DNA from: Planctomycetota bacterium
Lineage (GTDB): Bacteria > Planctomycetota > UBA8108 > SXIK01
Direction of reading: 5' to 3'
DNA length: 64,000 nt
Assembly (NCBI GenBank): GCA_965223845.1
Contig: CBDCXR010000004.1
Span: 4,864,001-4,928,000 of the forward strand
In this document: positions 9,787 to 19,725 of the stretch, one piece after another
How the letters are laid out: each line of letters opens with the position of its first letter
How positions within the stretch are numbered: the stretch's first letter is position 1
Notes under the pieces: generated by a model
Database searches by the model: none
The model's input: the letters and a program-made list of their open reading frames with translations, nothing else
Told to the model about the DNA's origin: nothing
Translations under genes and position numbers: made by a program

Positions 9787-12594
9787 ATGCCGTTTTGCCG
9801 ATCGTTTCTCTGTGTATCGATCTTCGCCGGCTCAGCGGTGACCGCGTTCGCCGATGGCGACGTCTCATCCGCCGAACGGGAGTTCGCCCGATCCGTTTGG
9901 CCGGTGCTTCAGGCGAAGTGCGCGGCGTGTCACTTCGCTCCCGAGCGAAAGGGCGAGCTCGATCTTTCGTCGCGCGCGGCTCTGCTCCGCGGCGGCGAGA
10001 GCGGGCGTCCCGCGATCGTTCCCGGGAACGCGAGCGCGAGCCCGCTCTACCAGGCCGTAACGTGGGTCTCGCCCGATCTTCGGATGCCGCCGAAGGAGAA
10101 CGACCGCCTTGCGATCGCAGACGTCGTCGCGGTTCGCGCGTGGATCGACGCGGGAGCGCCGTGGCCTTCGGAGGAGCGGCTCGCCGAGCTCCGGCGTGAG
10201 ATCGAACTCGAGGACAACAGCCGCGTGCGTTGGCGGACGAGCGGCGGACTCGCGAGCGAGTGGACGGATCGTCGTTACCGCGCCGAGGATCTCTGGGCGT
10301 ATCACCCGGTCGCGAAGCCGGAAGTTCCGGACGAACCCGGCGCGCACCATCCCGTCGACGCGTTCGTCGCACGCCGCCTCCGCGCGAGCGAAATCGAGCC
10401 CGCTCCGCGTGCGGATCGACGAGCTCTGATTCGGCGCGTCACCTGGAACCTACTCGGTCTCCCGCCGACGCCAGCCGAGGTCGAGGCGTTCGTTACCGAC
10501 TCGGCCCCCGACCGCGAGGCATTCGCCCGCGTCGTCGACCGACTGCTCGCGAGCCCGCACTACGGGGAGCAAGCGGCGCGCCGCTGGCTCGACGTCACCC
10601 GCTACGCCGACACCGCGGGATTCGCGAACGACTACGAGCGACCGAACGCCTGGCGGTATCGCGACTACGTCGTCCGCGCGTTCAACGAAGACAAGCCCTA
10701 CGACCGGTTCGTTCGCGAACAGATCGCGGGCGACGAGATCGATCCGTCAAATCCCGAGCTCCTCGTCGCGACGGGGTTTCTCCGCATGGGGCCGTGGGAG
10801 CAAACAGGAATGAGCGTCGCAAAGGTGACGCGCCAGCAGTTCCTCGACGATGTGACCGAGAGTGTCGGGCAGGTTTTCCTCTCGCAGACCCTTCAGTGCG
10901 CGCGCTGCCACGACCACAAGTTCGATCCGATCCCGACGCGGGACTACTACGGCATCCAGGCGGTCTTCGCGACGACCCAGTTCGCCGAGCGTCCGGCTCC
11001 GTTTCTCGCGAGCGAGAACCGCGCGCGCTTCGAGAGCGAACGCGGTTACCTGGAAAAGCGCATCGCGCGTTACGAGGAGCAGCAGCGCGAGATTCGCGCG
11101 AAGTCCGCGCGGGCCGAAAAAGAGTGGTACAAGGAACGCGGGCGGGAGTTCGCGCCGCGCGCGGAGCTTCGTCGCCGAGGCGTCCCCGAAGACGAGATTG
11201 CACCGCGCCACGTGGGCCTCGACACGAAGGACTTCGGTCTCGAACGCATTTCGCGCAAGAACCTCACGCGCCACCGCTGGGAGCTCGATCGATTTCGTCC
11301 GCTCGCGCTCGCCGTCTACAACGGTGGAACGCGGTCGTTCAACAACGTCTCCAGTCGACTCTCGATGCCCGACAAGCCTCTAGACGAGGGAACGATCGAG
11401 ACGACGAGCATTCTCGGCGGGGGCGATCTCTTCCGCCCCGGCGAGCCGGTCGAGCCGGGAATCCTCAGCGCGGCGAGCCACGCGGCGAATTCGCCGACGC
11501 CCGCGGCAGCCCCGTTCGCCATTCCGACTTCACCCGATGGGAGACGACTCGCGTGGGCGATGTGGCTGACCGATCCGTCGCATCCCCTCACCGCGAGATC
11601 GATCGTCAATCGAGTCTGGCAGTGGAGCTTCGGTCGCGGACTCGCACCGAACGCGAACAACTTCGGTGCGATGGGACAGAAGCCGAGCCATCCGGAGCTG
11701 CTCGATTGGCTCGCCGCGAAATTCGTCGAAGAGGGCTGGTCGATCAAGCGGCTCCAGCGCTTGATCCTCACATCAGACGCTTATTGTCGAAGCTCGATCG
11801 CGCCGCAAGAAACGACTCTGACGAGCGAAGCACGCAGCGCTGGCGAGAGCGCGTACGCGCTCTTCGCGTCGCGTCGCTTGAGTGCAGAAGAACTTTGCGA
11901 TGCGATGATCGCAGCGAGTGGCGAGCTCAACCGCGAGATCGGCGGAATCCCCGTGCGCCCGGACATCCACCTCGAGGTCGCCCTCCAGCCGCGGCAAATC
12001 ATGGGCACGTACGCGCCTGCGTACCAACCCTCGCCGACACCGGCCGAGCGTAATCGCCGGAGAGTCTACGCGATGCGCATCCGCGGTCTCCGCGATCCGC
12101 TACTCAGCGTGTTCAATCAACCGACGCCGCGGACTTCGTGCGAGCAGCGCGAAACGTCGACCGTGACGCCGCAGGTGTTCGCGCTCTTCAACAGTCGCTA
12201 CGTGCACTCGCGTGCGCTCGCGTTCGCAGCTCGGGTTCGTCGCGAGGCGAACGCCGACGAGGACGCGGTCCGTCGCTCCTTCGCGCTCGCTCTCGGCCGC
12301 GCCCCAAGCGAAGACGAACTCGGCGAATCTATGGCGCACTGGATTGCGATGACCGAGATCCACGAATCCGCTCCGGCGGGCCGAAAACCCGCGAGCGAAG
12401 GCGTTCCGACCGAGGTCGTCCGCGAAGCGGTCGAAGAGATGAACGGTGAGCCGTTCACCTACCGCGAGCGTCTCGAGGTCTACGACGACTACGTCCCCGA
12501 TCTTCAGCCAGGCGATGTCGACCCGAAGACCCGAGCGCTCGCCGAGCTGTGCCTCGTCCTTTTCAATTCGAGCGAATTCCTCTACGTGCCATGA
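9787..12594 (+). CDS. Planctomycete cytochrome c (PSCyt1) + DUF1549 + DUF1553 protein
   Basis: CAACH and CARCHDHK heme motifs; LIRRVTWNLLGLPPT, WRYRDYVV, HPELLDWLA and NSSEFLYVP. Confidence 0.9.
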   Translation: MPFCRSFLCVSIFAGSAVTAFADGDVSSAEREFARSVWPVLQAKCAACHFAPERKGELDLSSRAALLRGGESGRPAIVPGNASASPLYQAVTWVSPDLRMPPKENDRLAIADVVAVRAWIDAGAPWPSEERLAELRREIELEDNSRVRWRTSGGLASEWTDRRYRAEDLWAYHPVAKPEVPDEPGAHHPVDAFVARRLRASEIEPAPRADRRALIRRVTWNLLGLPPTPAEVEAFVTDSAPDREAFARVVDRLLASPHYGEQAARRWLDVTRYADTAGFANDYERPNAWRYRDYVVRAFNEDKPYDRFVREQIAGDEIDPSNPELLVATGFLRMGPWEQTGMSVAKVTRQQFLDDVTESVGQVFLSQTLQCARCHDHKFDPIPTRDYYGIQAVFATTQFAERPAPFLASENRARFESERGYLEKRIARYEEQQREIRAKSARAEKEWYKERGREFAPRAELRRRGVPEDEIAPRHVGLDTKDFGLERISRKNLTRHRWELDRFRPLALAVYNGGTRSFNNVSSRLSMPDKPLDEGTIETTSILGGGDLFRPGEPVEPGILSAASHAANSPTPAAAPFAIPTSPDGRRLAWAMWLTDPSHPLTARSIVNRVWQWSFGRGLAPNANNFGAMGQKPSHPELLDWLAAKFVEEGWSIKRLQRLILTSDAYCRSSIAPQETTLTSEARSAGESAYALFASRRLSAEELCDAMIAASGELNREIGGIPVRPDIHLEVALQPRQIMGTYAPAYQPSPTPAERNRRRVYAMRIRGLRDPLLSVFNQPTPRTSCEQRETSTVTPQVFALFNSRYVHSRALAFAARVRREANADEDAVRRSFALALGRAPSEDELGESMAHWIAMTEIHESAPAGRKPASEGVPTEVVREAVEEMNGEPFTYRERLEVYDDYVPDLQPGDVDPKTRALAELCLVLFNSSEFLYVP

Positions 12595-14063
12595 ACGACT
12601 CAACCCGACGAGCAGAGCGAGCGTGGAGCGCGAATCTTCGCCGCCGAGAGTTTCTCTACGGGACGGCCGCCGGATTCGGCAGCGTCGCACTGACGGCCCT
12701 GCTCGCCGCTGAGGAGGCTCAGAAGGAAACCGGCTCGTCCGCCGCCGGGAAGGCTCCCGAGGGATCGAGCGGAACAACGACGACGAATCCCGGACACGTG
12801 AACGCTCGGGCGAAGTCCTGCATCTTCCTCATGATGGAGGGCGGGCCGAGTCATATCGACACGTTCGACCCGAAGCCGACGCTCCGCGATCTCCACCTCC
12901 GCCGCTTCGTTCGGAAGGGCGAAGCGAAGTCGGCGATGGAGAGCGGAACGCGCTATTTCGTCGAGAGTCCGTTCCGCTTTCGAAAAGCGGGCGAGAGCGG
13001 CGCCGATTTCGCAGAGAATTGGGTGCACCTCGCGAACGTCGCCGACGACATCTGTTTCTATCGCGGATGCCAGGGTGAGTCGGTGAACCATCCGACGGCG
13101 CTCTACCACATGAACACCGGGAACCGCTTCGGCGGCGATCCCGCGATCGGCTCGTGGGTGACGTACGGGCTCGGCTCGGAGAACTCCGATCTTCCGGGGT
13201 TCATCGTTCTTCCCGAGCTCGCCTATCCGCAGGGCGGACCGGCGAACTGGTCGAACGGCTTCCTTCCCGCGGTTTACCAGGGAACGCCGCTGCGACCGGA
13301 AGGATCGCCGATCCTCGATCTCGCACCGCCGGCGGGAGTCACACGCGAGGTGCAGCGACGGAATCTCGATTTCCTCGCGAAGCTGAACGAACGCCATCTC
13401 GCGCGCACTCCCGACCGCGACGACCTCGCGGCGCGGATCGCGAACTACGAGCTGGCGTTCCGCATGCAGCTCCAGGTGCCGGGGATCCTCGACCTCGGCG
13501 CGGAGAGCGAAGCGACGCGAGAGCTCTACGGCGTCGGCGAAGCGTCGACGGACAAGTTCGCCCGGAAATGCCTTCTAGCGCGTCGCCTCATCGAACGGGG
13601 CGTGCGCTTCGTTCAGCTCTACGCGGGGACGTGGGACTCTCACGACTATATCGCGCGGAATCACGCCGCACTCATGCGAGCGGTCGATCGGCCGATCGCG
13701 GCGCTCCTCATCGACCTCAAGCAGCGCGGCCTCCTCGACGACACGCTGGTCGTCTGGTGCGGCGAGTTCGGGCGGAGTCCGGACAACGGCATCCGCGGCG
13801 GGACCGCGTACGGCCGCGACCACAACCCGAAGGCGATGCCGATGTGGTTTGCCGGCGGCGGCGTGAACGCCGGTCACACGATCGGCGCGACGGACGAGAC
13901 GGGCGCCGAAGCGATCGACGTCGTCCGCCCGATCCGCGACGTTCACGTCACGCTGCTCCAACTTCTCGGGCTCGACGACAACCGGCTCACCTACTTCCAC
14001 TCCGGGCGCTACAAGCAGCTCTCGCAGTTCGGCGGGGAGGTGATCGGGGAGCTGTTGGCGTAG
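12591..14063 (+). CDS. DUF1501 family protein (Tat signal)
   Basis: RRREFL; GGPSHIDTFDPK; WDSH; GEFGRSP; GRDHNP. The ATG overlaps the upstream stop (ATGA). Confidence 0.9.
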   Translation: MNDSTRRAERAWSANLRRREFLYGTAAGFGSVALTALLAAEEAQKETGSSAAGKAPEGSSGTTTTNPGHVNARAKSCIFLMMEGGPSHIDTFDPKPTLRDLHLRRFVRKGEAKSAMESGTRYFVESPFRFRKAGESGADFAENWVHLANVADDICFYRGCQGESVNHPTALYHMNTGNRFGGDPAIGSWVTYGLGSENSDLPGFIVLPELAYPQGGPANWSNGFLPAVYQGTPLRPEGSPILDLAPPAGVTREVQRRNLDFLAKLNERHLARTPDRDDLAARIANYELAFRMQLQVPGILDLGAESEATRELYGVGEASTDKFARKCLLARRLIERGVRFVQLYAGTWDSHDYIARNHAALMRAVDRPIAALLIDLKQRGLLDDTLVVWCGEFGRSPDNGIRGGTAYGRDHNPKAMPMWFAGGGVNAGHTIGATDETGAEAIDVVRPIRDVHVTLLQLLGLDDNRLTYFHSGRYKQLSQFGGEVIGELLA

Positions 14064-14091
14064 GCGGGACCTCGAGTCGTCCCGGAATCCG

Positions 14092-17000
14092 TCACCGCTC
14101 GAGCGTCCGCAAGAGCTCGATCCGATCGAACTGAGCGAGCCCCCCCATCGCCGTCGGTGCGATCCCCGTCAGCGTGAACGATCCGTTGTCCTTCCACAGG
14201 TCGACGGTGACGACCGTCCAGTCGTTCGGCGATTCTTCCGCGACGCGCTTCGCCTCCCACTTCGTCGTGTTCTTCCCGCTGTAGTAGCGACGCTGCGGAC
14301 TTTCCGCCGCCGGCCAGCGACCGCTCGCCGCGAGCTCGACCATGACGCCGTCACCCGTCGGATTCTTCCACGCGAGGCGAAGGTAGCGGTACTCGCCCGG
14401 CTCGGGTCTCTCCGCGATCGAGTAACTCCAGTTGCGAATCTGCGCGGAGTAGCGCTGGGGCGGCGTCACGGCGAGAGAACGCGTTCCCGATGGCGCTTCG
14501 CCCGCGACGATCTTCGCACGACCACCACCGTCTTTCAGAAGCGACGGAAACTCGTCCTCCTCGTCGAAGAGGACGACCGAGCCGGGAAGCTCGTCGCCGA
14601 AGGCCGAGCGGAGATGCGCGATGAGGTCGGCGATGTCCTTCGGACCGAGGAGATCGCGGAAGTTATCCGGCATGAGCGAGATCGGCGAAACGCTCATCGA
14701 TTCGATGTTCCGCCGGAGAAAGGACTCCTCGACCCCGTCCTTGAGACGAATCGTAACGCTCGTCGCCGACTCGGACGCGAGGACGCCGCTCGCGACCCGC
14801 CCGTCCTCCGTGGTCACCGTGTACGCGGCGTAACCGTCGGTGATCTGGCGACTCGGCGCGAGGATGTCCGCGAGTAGCGTTAGATCCGCCCGCTCTCGCT
14901 CCGAGGCGATGTCTGGTCCGACCGCGTGCCCTTCTTCGCCCACGCGGTGGCAGGGTAGGCAGTGCTTGCGAAAATGCGCCGCGCCGCGCTCGGCATCGCG
15001 TTCGCCTTCGAGCGCATTCACGTAGCGCGAATAGACATCGTCGGCGATTTCACCGGTCTTTTCGGTGCGTTCGAAAACACGGCGCGCTCGAGCGCGCAAC
15101 TTTTTGTCGGTGTGCTCGACGAGCTGCACGCGGCGAAACTCCCGCAGCGCAATCGGCGGCACCGCGTCGTTCTCGAGCGCGTCGAGCAGCGCAGGGAGAC
15201 GGTTCGCTCGCGCGAAAATCGCCTCGAGCGCCGCCTCGGCGACCTGCGGCGAGTACGACTCGAAGCGCCGAACAAGCACGGAACCGACGGCGTCGTCGTC
15301 TGCGGTCGAAAGCGCGGCGATCGCGGCGAGCTGAAGTGCGACGGGCACGCGCGGCTCGAGGAGCTTCTCGCACGCATCGCGCTTGGTCGCGAACGGCGCG
15401 TGAGCGAGGAGCCTCGCCGATGCGAGCCGTTCGTCGAGGCTGCGCTCGGAGTCGAGCGCCGTTCTCTCCGCGTGAGAGAAGGTCTCGCTCAGCTCCTTGG
15501 AGTCTCTCAAGTCGAGCGTGCCGACAACCTCGAACGCCGCCTCGCGAACATCGGGGGAAACCGACTTGAGTAGCGAACTGAGGGCACTCATCGCGCTCTT
15601 CTGCGTGAAGAGATCTCTCGCCCCACGCTTCAATCCCTCGGTAAGCCCGCGCAGCCCTTCGAGTTGAATAGATCTCTTCGCCGGGTCGCGGATGCGCTCG
15701 AATAGATTCAGAGCCGCTTCGACCTCTCCGCGCGTTCGACGGGCACCGATCGTCTGCGCGAGAAGCGAAACGACTCGCACGCACTCGCCCGGATCGTCGC
15801 GCTCGATCAGCCGCCGGAGAAGCGGAAGGGCGACGTGGGTCGACGAGCTGGCGATCGCAGCGGCCATCCAATTCTCGTTCCCGTGCTTCGCGGCGAGCTC
15901 GGCGAGCGCCCGGGACGCACGCGCGTCCCGCGATTCGCCGAGCGTGAGCGCGAGCTGGAGGCGGACACTCGGATCAGAATCGCGAACGAGCTCGAGCGCG
16001 CGAGCGAGAATCTCCGGATCGTCGCCGATTCGTTCGTTCGCGAGTCGGAGGGCGTACCGGCGGACGCCCCAGTGGGCATCGCGGAGCGCACTCACGACGT
16101 CGCTCGACTCGAGGGACCTGAGCCCGGCAAGCGTGGCGAGAGCTGCGAGCCGTGCCTGCGGCGTTTCGCCTCGACTCGCTCGTTCGGCGAGCGGTGCGCG
16201 TGCGCCGAGAGATCGCCGCTCGATGAGAAGTCGTCGTGCGGCTTCCCGCCACCAAACGTTTGAGTCACCGGTCAGCTGGACGAGCGCGTCGTCGCTCGCG
16301 GAACCGAGCTTCGGCGTCCTAGCTGGGGGAGCATCGCGGTGTCGAACGCGCCAGATCCTTCCCTTCGTGTTCCCCTCCGCAAGTCCGTACTGTTGCTGCA
16401 GGAACCGCGGGATCGCCGAGTAGTCTTCGATGATTTCGCGGTACATATCGACGACGTAGAGCCCGCCGTCCGGCCCGATCGCGAGGCTGTTCGGCCGAAA
16501 CCACTTCTCGCTCGAGGCGAGGAACTCGCGGTCTCGCTCATCGGGCGCGCGCCGCACTCGGTAGCCGGCTCCGTCGCGTTCGAGAATCGAGCGGTGGACG
16601 ATGTTGTTCTGCGGCTCACACGCGAAGTGATTGCCGAGATACTCGGAGGGAAAACCGTCGGCGCTGTAGATGAGCGGACTGCACGCCGACGTGAAAAGGC
16701 CGCTCGGCGTCGCTTCGTGACTGCCGTAGAAGCGAACCCAATTCGGATCCGCGCCCCGCTTTGCTCGCCAGGGATGCGGCGCGCTGATCGGGAAGATGCG
16801 CGAGTAGTTCGACGCGCCGGCGTCGCTTTTCGGTGACGGGACGTAGGGGTTGCGAAGAAGCGATCGATACGGAAGCGGCGCAGCGAAGTACGCGTGATTG
16901 CTTCCCGTGATGAGGAATCGGTCGCCAAAGTCGGTGAACCCGATGCCGAAGGTTCCGCTCCCGGCGGTTACCGGTTCGAGCGCACTTCCGTCGGGCCGGA

Positions 17001-17721
17001 TGCGGAAGTCGCTGCTCCCGAGCGAGACGGGCGTCCCAAGCTTGGGCCCTCGGATGGTGCCGCCGTGACCGCGCGCGATGTAAATCCAATTGTCGAGCCC
17101 CCAACGCGGAGAGTTGATTCCGCGTTCGAGCGGACCGAGACCAAAGCCGGAGAACATCGTCTCGCGCACCTCGGCGACATCGTCACCGTCGCGATCGGCG
17201 AGGAAGACGATGTCCGGCGCGCAAGTCACGATGAGTCCGCCGCGGGCCGGAAGAATCCCGTAGCAGGGCGGGAGTCGATCGGCCCAAACGTGCGCTCGGT
17301 CCATGCGGCCGTCGCCGTCGGTGTCCTCGAGTCGCTTCACCGTCCCATAGGTATCTTTCGCCGCGGCCTTCTTCGCTTCGGGCGGAGCCTGAATCCGCCG
17401 TACGGTGCGGTCGAGCTCTCCCGTCTTATTGAGCTCCTCGACATCGAGATGCCCCTCGAGGTTGTAACCGTGGAGCTCGCACACGAAGAGTCGACCGTTT
17501 TCGTCCCACGCAACGCCCGTCGGGTCCGCGATGAGGGGCTCGCTAGCGACGAGATCGATCTCGAAGCCGTCCTTGAGCCGGAAGAACTCTCGGCTCTTCT
17601 CGGGCGACGAAGGCTGAGGAGCGTCCGCTGCCCGTTCGATCTGTGCGGGGAGACGATGCCAGACTCCGGACACGATCGTCACGGCGATCGCGGCCAAGAC
17701 GAGAAAGATCCGCTCAGTCAT
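14092..17721 (-). CDS. PVC-type heme-binding CxxCH protein (membrane-bound-dehydrogenase-like propeller, HEAT-like repeats, cytochrome c domain, extra C-terminal domain)
   Basis: LVASEPLIADP, LEDTDGDGRMD, GPDGGLYVVDMYR, helical repeats, CLPCH...VGPDI and SLMPD. Start MTERIFL at 17721 is followed by a signal peptide. Confidence 0.88.
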   Translation of the reverse strand: MTERIFLVLAAIAVTIVSGVWHRLPAQIERAADAPQPSSPEKSREFFRLKDGFEIDLVASEPLIADPTGVAWDENGRLFVCELHGYNLEGHLDVEELNKTGELDRTVRRIQAPPEAKKAAAKDTYGTVKRLEDTDGDGRMDRAHVWADRLPPCYGILPARGGLIVTCAPDIVFLADRDGDDVAEVRETMFSGFGLGPLERGINSPRWGLDNWIYIARGHGGTIRGPKLGTPVSLGSSDFRIRPDGSALEPVTAGSGTFGIGFTDFGDRFLITGSNHAYFAAPLPYRSLLRNPYVPSPKSDAGASNYSRIFPISAPHPWRAKRGADPNWVRFYGSHEATPSGLFTSACSPLIYSADGFPSEYLGNHFACEPQNNIVHRSILERDGAGYRVRRAPDERDREFLASSEKWFRPNSLAIGPDGGLYVVDMYREIIEDYSAIPRFLQQQYGLAEGNTKGRIWRVRHRDAPPARTPKLGSASDDALVQLTGDSNVWWREAARRLLIERRSLGARAPLAERASRGETPQARLAALATLAGLRSLESSDVVSALRDAHWGVRRYALRLANERIGDDPEILARALELVRDSDPSVRLQLALTLGESRDARASRALAELAAKHGNENWMAAAIASSSTHVALPLLRRLIERDDPGECVRVVSLLAQTIGARRTRGEVEAALNLFERIRDPAKRSIQLEGLRGLTEGLKRGARDLFTQKSAMSALSSLLKSVSPDVREAAFEVVGTLDLRDSKELSETFSHAERTALDSERSLDERLASARLLAHAPFATKRDACEKLLEPRVPVALQLAAIAALSTADDDAVGSVLVRRFESYSPQVAEAALEAIFARANRLPALLDALENDAVPPIALREFRRVQLVEHTDKKLRARARRVFERTEKTGEIADDVYSRYVNALEGERDAERGAAHFRKHCLPCHRVGEEGHAVGPDIASERERADLTLLADILAPSRQITDGYAAYTVTTEDGRVASGVLASESATSVTIRLKDGVEESFLRRNIESMSVSPISLMPDNFRDLLGPKDIADLIAHLRSAFGDELPGSVVLFDEEDEFPSLLKDGGGRAKIVAGEAPSGTRSLAVTPPQRYSAQIRNWSYSIAERPEPGEYRYLRLAWKNPTGDGVMVELAASGRWPAAESPQRRYYSGKNTTKWEAKRVAEESPNDWTVVTVDLWKDNGSFTLTGIAPTAMGGLAQFDRIELLRTLER
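16766..17660. repeat. 895-bp direct repeat, copy 1 (within the intact heme-protein gene)
   Basis: Matches 19778-20672 (offset 3012). Differences seen at 16927/19939 and 17043/20055. Confidence 0.95.
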
Positions 17722-17979
17722 GGAGAAAACCGATCGAAGTTTGCGGCGAGCGAAATCGCCGTTTCTGGCCCCAACACGGATCGGGTCGCGACGCCGCCCT
17801 CGGCAATCCCTCTCCCAAAAATCTCCGATATGGGAAGCGAGAAACACCGCACACAATCGATCCAGAAAAACGGCATTTATCTGTAGGCAACCATGCGTAC
17901 ACTACCTCTAAGGGGAGGTCGCAAATTCCGGCGAGCGTCGAGAAACACGCTCTCAAGATCGATGAAGGAGGCTTTAATT

Positions 17980-18861
17980 ATGTCCTTACTTCACGGATTC
18001 TATGAAAAGCTATCGAAAACAACCACTGGTGGCGAGCGAGCAGAAAAGCTCATCTACAGCAAGAAGTTCTGCGAGCACTGGAACGCCAAAAAACAAGTAG
18101 CCGCAGCGGCTGCCCAACTGATGCAAAAGCTTGAACTCACAGCCTTGACAGTGCCGGAAGGAAGTAGCGCATCAGCAATTTATGAAGAATACGTAACCAA
18201 ACGAAATGATTTACGGCCTCTTACTATTTACACTAACAATTGCGACGTTCTGCTTCACCGGACACTCGGAGAGAGCGAATCGTACGTCGAGACCTTAGAT
18301 ATTCGTATGGCTCCGGGAAAGGTCCGCGCGCGCTCCGGAGCGATTCTTGGCCAACAAACAGATGATTGGTTCTCCAAGAACATTCACGGACTATGCTTGC
18401 TCCCAGTTTCTGCATTCCACTGGGATCAGGGCCCCTGCGCTAGAGACCCCAAAGCGCGAAATATCAAGAGGCGCATTCTTGAACTCGCAGAGAATCTCCT
18501 TCTCGTGCTCGACAGTCAGAAAATGCGGAAGAACATCCTTCCGTTTCTCACACACGTAGCAGATCGAAGCGAGTGGAAAAACTGGATCAACGGGCGGTAC
18601 AACCGAAACATGTGGGTCGTGACAACGCTTAGTCCTCGAATCCATGAGCACTGGGAGTCAAGTGACGACCCGCTATGCGCAATTCGTCAATTGACGCTCG
18701 ATGAAGACGAGAAGAAAGAGCTAGCCTGCCTTGAGGAGATATGGGCGATCCTGACAAATCGGTCTCTATTGGGCAAGAAGAACGGTAAGAACAGGGCAAA
18801 GTCCAAGCGCGCTCATGATCCCACGGATCGACTAATAATCGCAGGTCCGCATTCCGCTTAA
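17980..18861 (+). CDS. Stand-alone DeoR/GlpR C-terminal sensor-like domain protein, no N-terminal HTH
   Basis: AAGGAGG SD 8 nt before the ATG at 17980. The motif order KKQVAAAAAQL / EGSSASAI / LTIYTNN / GKVR..SGAILG / IKRRILELAENLLLVLDSQK follows the DeoRC pattern. Visibly more AT-rich than the flanks. Confidence 0.65.
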   Translation: MSLLHGFYEKLSKTTTGGERAEKLIYSKKFCEHWNAKKQVAAAAAQLMQKLELTALTVPEGSSASAIYEEYVTKRNDLRPLTIYTNNCDVLLHRTLGESESYVETLDIRMAPGKVRARSGAILGQQTDDWFSKNIHGLCLLPVSAFHWDQGPCARDPKARNIKRRILELAENLLLVLDSQKMRKNILPFLTHVADRSEWKNWINGRYNRNMWVVTTLSPRIHEHWESSDDPLCAIRQLTLDEDEKKELACLEEIWAILTNRSLLGKKNGKNRAKSKRAHDPTDRLIIAGPHSA

Positions 18862-19040
18862 TCAATTCGCTACGATCCCTCGATGCCAACAAGACGACAC
18901 GGAGAGAGCGTCCCTCGCGGAGTCGTCGGCAGACACCGAGCGTGGAAACTTGGGCGAAAGTGACCGAAGGAATCCAGCCCGAACGACGACTCTCATTGAC
19001 CTCGATCCTTGCGGCTATCCCGCATCGATTAGGCGATCTC

Positions 19041-19079
19041 TTTTCGCGGGCGCTCGAACACAACGAGCGCCCGCGAAAA
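19041..19079. terminator. Intrinsic terminator, T tract on the minus strand
   Basis: Perfect 16-bp inverted repeat TTTTCGCGGGCGCTCG / CGAGCGCCCGCGAAAA with a 7-nt loop, 5 nt past the stop at 19085, between convergent genes. Confidence 0.75.
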
Positions 19080-19084
19080 TGCGA

Positions 19085-19240
19085 TTAGTCCTCCTTCCGC
19101 AAGTGACGCGAGAGGAATCGATTGGTTCGACGTACAAATGCATCCCGAGCGGCTTGACGAGGCAGTCGCCGCCGTAGGGCGCGCCTCCTCGTCCGACCGC
19201 GACGCAGCAGAGCCCCCCGTCTTCGCGCATCACGACACAT
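19085..19240 (-). CDS. Small Arg-rich protein (51 aa), unknown function
   Basis: AGGAGG 9 nt before the ATG; MCRDARRRGALLRRGRTRRRALRRRLPRQAARDAFVRRTNRFLSRHLRKED; the terminator hairpin follows the stop directly. Confidence 0.5.
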   Translation of the reverse strand: MCRDARRRGALLRRGRTRRRALRRRLPRQAARDAFVRRTNRFLSRHLRKED

Positions 19241-19302
19241 AGGCGTAGCCCTCCTGAGCACCTCAAAACTCTTGGAAAGACACAGCCGAACAAGCCGACC
19301 GA

Positions 19303-19515
19303 TCAATCGTCTTCGAACATGTCCGCGTCTTCGAACGCAGAAGGGTCGTGCCCGAAGACTCGTCGGAGGCCTGCGACCTCTTCCTTGAGCTGGGACATTA
19401 CGTCGAGAAGATCCCGGACGCTGCCGGAACTCACCTCAGCTGGTCGCGCACCTCGAGCGATCTCGTCGAGCATCCACGCAGGTACGGCCGAACCGGATCG
19501 TTGGGGTCGCTTCAT
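19303..19515 (-). CDS. Small protein (70 aa) with an amphipathic helix and acidic tail, unknown function
   Basis: GGAGGAG 7 nt before the ATG at 19515; MKRPQRSGSAVPAWMLDEIARG...VRDLLDVMSQLKEEVAGLRRVFGHDPSAFEDADMFEDD. Confidence 0.6.
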   Translation of the reverse strand: MKRPQRSGSAVPAWMLDEIARGARPAEVSSGSVRDLLDVMSQLKEEVAGLRRVFGHDPSAFEDADMFEDD

Positions 19516-19725
19516 AGCTCTACTCCTCCGAACTCGACGCTCCGAGGAACGGGCCGCCGTGGCGGCCGAAAGGGTCGCACGCGTGCACGAGTTCCTCGGA
19601 CCATTCCGAGCAAACCCGGCTGCGCGCAACGGAGGAGGAAGATTAGCCGGTGTGTTGCGCGATAACCGGCGAGACTGTCGCGATAAGCGACGACGGCGAG
19701 CGCCAACCTTCCTCAGTGGGAAGAG

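Noticed and set aside
19015-19293. 92-aa Cys/Gly-rich alternative ORF in the insert
   Set aside because: No SD and it runs through the terminator hairpin. The 19240-19085 frame has an SD and stops just before the hairpin.
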